From the human T2T-CHM13v2.0 reference genome, Homo sapiens: DNA of 64,000 nucleotides. This document shows positions 60,379 through 64,000 of this stretch, one piece after another (position 1 is the first letter of the stretch; the number at the start of each line of letters is the position of its first letter). The stretch is from NCBI RefSeq assembly GCF_009914755.1, contig NC_060947.1. One strand, 5' to 3'. Below the pieces are notes generated by a model. That model was not told the DNA's origin. It searched no databases and saw only the letters and a list, made by a program, of their open reading frames with translations. The position numbers and the translations under genes were made by a program.

Positions 60379-63300
60379 ATAAGAACAAATGAGAAAAGAC
60401 ACATCGAAGATGGTAGGAAGGACCGTTTCACATTATCCACCTCACTCTTCGCCCATTCCAGGCAGTGAAATATGGAGAGAGATACCCTTTTATTGGGAGG
60501 AGAGGGAAATGAGCACAGGACATTGCCTTGGACCCCAACACTAGGTTTCCCCAGTAAAACCCAGAGCCTAGCATGACCTTACAGGCCCTGACTCTAGGAT
60601 GATACTCACAGACTGAACTTCTAGGCCTTCCCTAATACCAGGCCAACACCTCAAACCCAGGCTCCAGGGTGACCTCACAGCCTCAGGTTTCAGGCTCACC
60701 CCAGAGGTCCCAGACTCAAGATCAGCCCCAGCATCAAGCCAGCACCCATGAACACAGGCTTTAGGAAATCCCCATCAACAGAATAGTCCCCTTAGCTTTA
60801 GAGGCTAGACCGGTTCCTGCAGACTCAGGTTTCAGGTTCACCCCACCACCAGGTCTATCACAGCTCTAGAGTGAATTCCACAGACTCTGGTTCTAGTTAT
60901 GTCCAAGGTTGCAGGTCCACTCCACTGCCAGACCATCCCCAGTGATTTCAGACCACAGAGGGACCCCAGCACATATGGGCCCTGCAGACCCGACCACTAT
61001 GCCTAATCCAGCACCAGTATGGCTCCTGCAGCCCCACACTCCAGGTGGGGAGCTGCAGAACCAGATTCCAGGCCCTTCCTAGTGCCAAGCCAACACTCTG
61101 GACATCCCAGGTCTGGGCTAGCCCCTGCTGACTCAGAACACAGTCTGCTCCTTTGCCCTGCTCACATGCATAGTTCCAAGCTCAAGTTCATCTTATCACC
61201 AGGCCAACCCCTATGGCCTCAGGTCCCAGTCTGGTACCTTGAGACCCAACTTTTAGGCTGGCCTCTGTAGCCCCAGATTCCAGGCCAGCACTCATGGATC
61301 CTACCATTAGGCCCACCTCAGTACCAGGACAGTACCCTCAGACCACAGCTCAAGGCCATCCCCTGTGGCCTCAGGCACCAGACCAGCAACCACAGAACCA
61401 GCCCTCAGGCCAACCCCCTATAGACAGAGGATTCAGCCCACTCAGTGCCAGGCCAGCCCATGAGGCCCAACGCACCAGGAGACCCAGGGTCCAGGTACGC
61501 ACCAGAAGACCAAGGGTCCAGGCTCATTCCTCTAGACCCCAGGACCAAACTGACCCCCAAGGACCAGGCTCCACGGTTTCTCCTGAGGACCCACTTTCCA
61601 GTGCTACCCCTATTGCTGTATGACACAGGCCTGCTCCCATAGACCCAACCTCTAGGTCAACCCTCCAACCAAGTTGACCCTCATGACCCCAGGCTCTAAG
61701 CCAGCCTTAATACACCTAGCTTACAGGCCAACACCCACACACCCAGCCTCCAGGCCTGCCCCTGTGGAACTAGGCTCCAAGCTAGCCCCTACAGCCCTAG
61801 GCACCAGGACAGCATCCATAGACCCTGGTTCCACGTGCCTCTGTGGATCCAGGGACCAGGCCTACACCAGCACCAGGCTGGCTCCAGAATTCTGGCCAGT
61901 TCCTGCCACCCTAGGTCTCATGGACCCATAATCCAACCCTGATTCAGCAGATCCAGGGTCCAGGTTCATCCCAGTAGATGGGCCTAAGCTGGCCCCCACA
62001 GACCCAGGACCCATAACTGCTTATCTGCTAACCTAGGCACCAGGCCAGCCTGCTTAAAGACTCCAGCACCAACCTGCTATGTGGACCTACATACACTTAA
62101 AGAACAAATACCAACCTTTCTCCAAGTCTTTCAAAAAAATTGAATAGGAAGAAATACTTTCAAACTTTTACAAGGTCAGTAATACCTGACATCAAAGCCA
62201 CACAAGGACACTACAAGAAAATAAAATTACAGGACAATATCATAGATGAACACAGATGTAAAAATCTTCAAGAAAATATAGGCAAACCAAATATCTCAGC
62301 ACATTAACAGGATCATTCACCCTGATAAAGTAGAATTTATCCATGGGATGCCAGGATGTTTTAGCACACACAAATCTATAAATATGATACACTAAATTAA
62401 CAGAAGGAAGGACTAAAACCATACAATGAACTCAATATAGAAAAAGCATTTAACAAAATTCAACATTCTATTATAATAAAAACTGTCAACAAATTAGGAA
62501 GAGAAGTAATGGATTTTAACACAATAAAGGCCATTCGTGTCAAGCTCACAGCTAACATCACATCCAACAGTAAAACATTGAAACCTTTTTGTTTTTTCTC
62601 CGATCAGGATCAAGACAAGAATGCACACTCTCACATGTATGTTCTTTTTTGTTTGTGTTGTGGCCATTGAAATCCTAGTTCTCTGGAGGTTTATCCTGAC
62701 TTAGGAGCGGTGTGAGGTAGAGACACTGCAAAACTGGCACAATCAGGCTAGGTGAAGCAATTCTTAAATTGGATTCAGCTGAGAACATGATTCAATTTGA
62801 GAACTCATACACAGCACTGTATGTCTTGCCCTGTGAAATTAGGCAAAAGAACAAAATTAAAGACACCTGTGTCGGAAAGGAAAACTATAAATTGTCTCTG
62901 TTGGCAGACATGAGGTTATATATAGAAAACCTTAAAGACTCCACCAAAAGAAAAACACTTGTTAGAAATAATGAACAAATTCTGTAAAGTTTCAGTATAC
63001 AAAATGAACATGCAAAAACCAGTAGCATTTCTATACAATAACAATGGAATATGCAAAAGAGACATCCACAAAACAGCATCATTTACAAGATCAACAGAAA
63101 AGATACATCGAAATACATTTAAAGAAGGAGATGAACAATATGCATATTGAAAACTATAAAACATTGATGAAAGAAATTGAATAAGCGAAAATAAATAGAA
63201 TGATATTCTTTACTCATGAATTGAAATAATATCGTTAAAATCTCCACTGTGCCCAAAGCAATCCACAGGTTTAATGCAATTCCTATCAAAATCCCAATGA

Positions 63301-64000
63301 CATTTTTTTCACAGAGATAGAAAAAATAATCTTAAAGTTTGTATGGAACCACAAAAATACCTGACTAGCCAAAGCAGTCTTGAACAAAAAGAATAAAGCT
63401 GGAGACATCACAGTACTTGATTGTATCATATACTACAAAGATACAGTAATCAAAACAGCATGATTCTGGTTTAAAAAGAGACACAGACAACAATGAAATA
63501 GAATAGAGAGCCCAGATATAAATTCACACACTTATAGTATATTAATTTTCAACAAAGATTGCAAGAATACACAATGGGGAAAGAATAATCTTTTAAATAA
63601 ATAATGTTAGGGAAATATTTTATCCACATACAAAATAATGACATTAGACCCTTGTATCACACCACATACAAAAATCAACTCAAAATGGACTAATGACTTA
63701 AATATAAGACCTGAAAATGTAAAATTATAATACTATAAAAACGCACAGGGGAAAAGGTCCATGACATGGTCTTAGCAATGATATTTTGGGTATGATACCA
63801 AAAGCACATGCAACGATAGCAGAAATAAACAAAGGGGGGACTACATCAAACTAAAAACTTCTGTATAGCAAAGAAAACAATTGCCAAGATGAAAAGACAT
63901 TCCATTCTGCAAAATGTGAAAAAGATATTTGCAAACCATATATCTGATAAAAGGTTAATGTTCAAAATATGAAAGAAACACAAAATTCAATACCAAAAAA

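Larger units (their letters stand above)
59905..64000 (+). mobile_element. Old L1M: GC-rich repetitive 5' UTR (to ~62090) joined to ORF2 RT/C-terminal part, running off the window end
   Basis: gacatcagcaaggtcgtgg start; degenerate ccaggc/gacccc repeats 60540-62090; ORF2 motifs (KLSLLADMRLYIENLKDSTK, aatgcaattcctatcaaaatcccaatgac). Confidence 0.8.

Noticed and set aside
60540-62090. Pro/Gln-rich ORFs and degenerate short tandem repeats resembling a repeat-spacer array or mucin-like gene
   Set aside because: No constant repeat with unique spacers; frames are short and broken; position and composition fit an old L1M 5' UTR

Overview
Mammalian, almost certainly human, genomic DNA. It matches the X-linked MAGEC2 locus (Xq27), recognised from the protein sequence. 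The one intact protein-coding gene is MAGEC2 (minus strand, CDS 19565-20686, 373 aa, with short 5'-UTR exons and a CpG-rich promoter near 22 kb). It is the surviving member of a tandem array of ~9.6-9.8 kb units that share one junction sequence. Unit A (3349-12930) carries a MAGEC3-like unprocessed pseudogene that has lost its promoter and first two exons. Unit B (12931-22755) carries MAGEC2. Unit C (22756-25098) has lost the whole gene body. A much more diverged copy of the spacer lies at ~25.8-34.9 kb. The rest is interspersed repeat: L1s (including a rearranged full-length L1MA), Alus, MIR, MaLR LTRs, a complete THE1 element, hAT elements, and an LTR10 + MER41 + HERV-H cluster at 43-50 kb. 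I found no new multi-gene system. The noteworthy signals are structural: birth and death of MAGE-C units, a MAGEC3-like exon module, two short local duplications sitting at rearrangement junctions, an odd HERV-H 5' end, and an LTR enhancer cluster. Repeat subfamily names and homology to known proteins are from recall, not from a search. Identity values are by-eye estimates.
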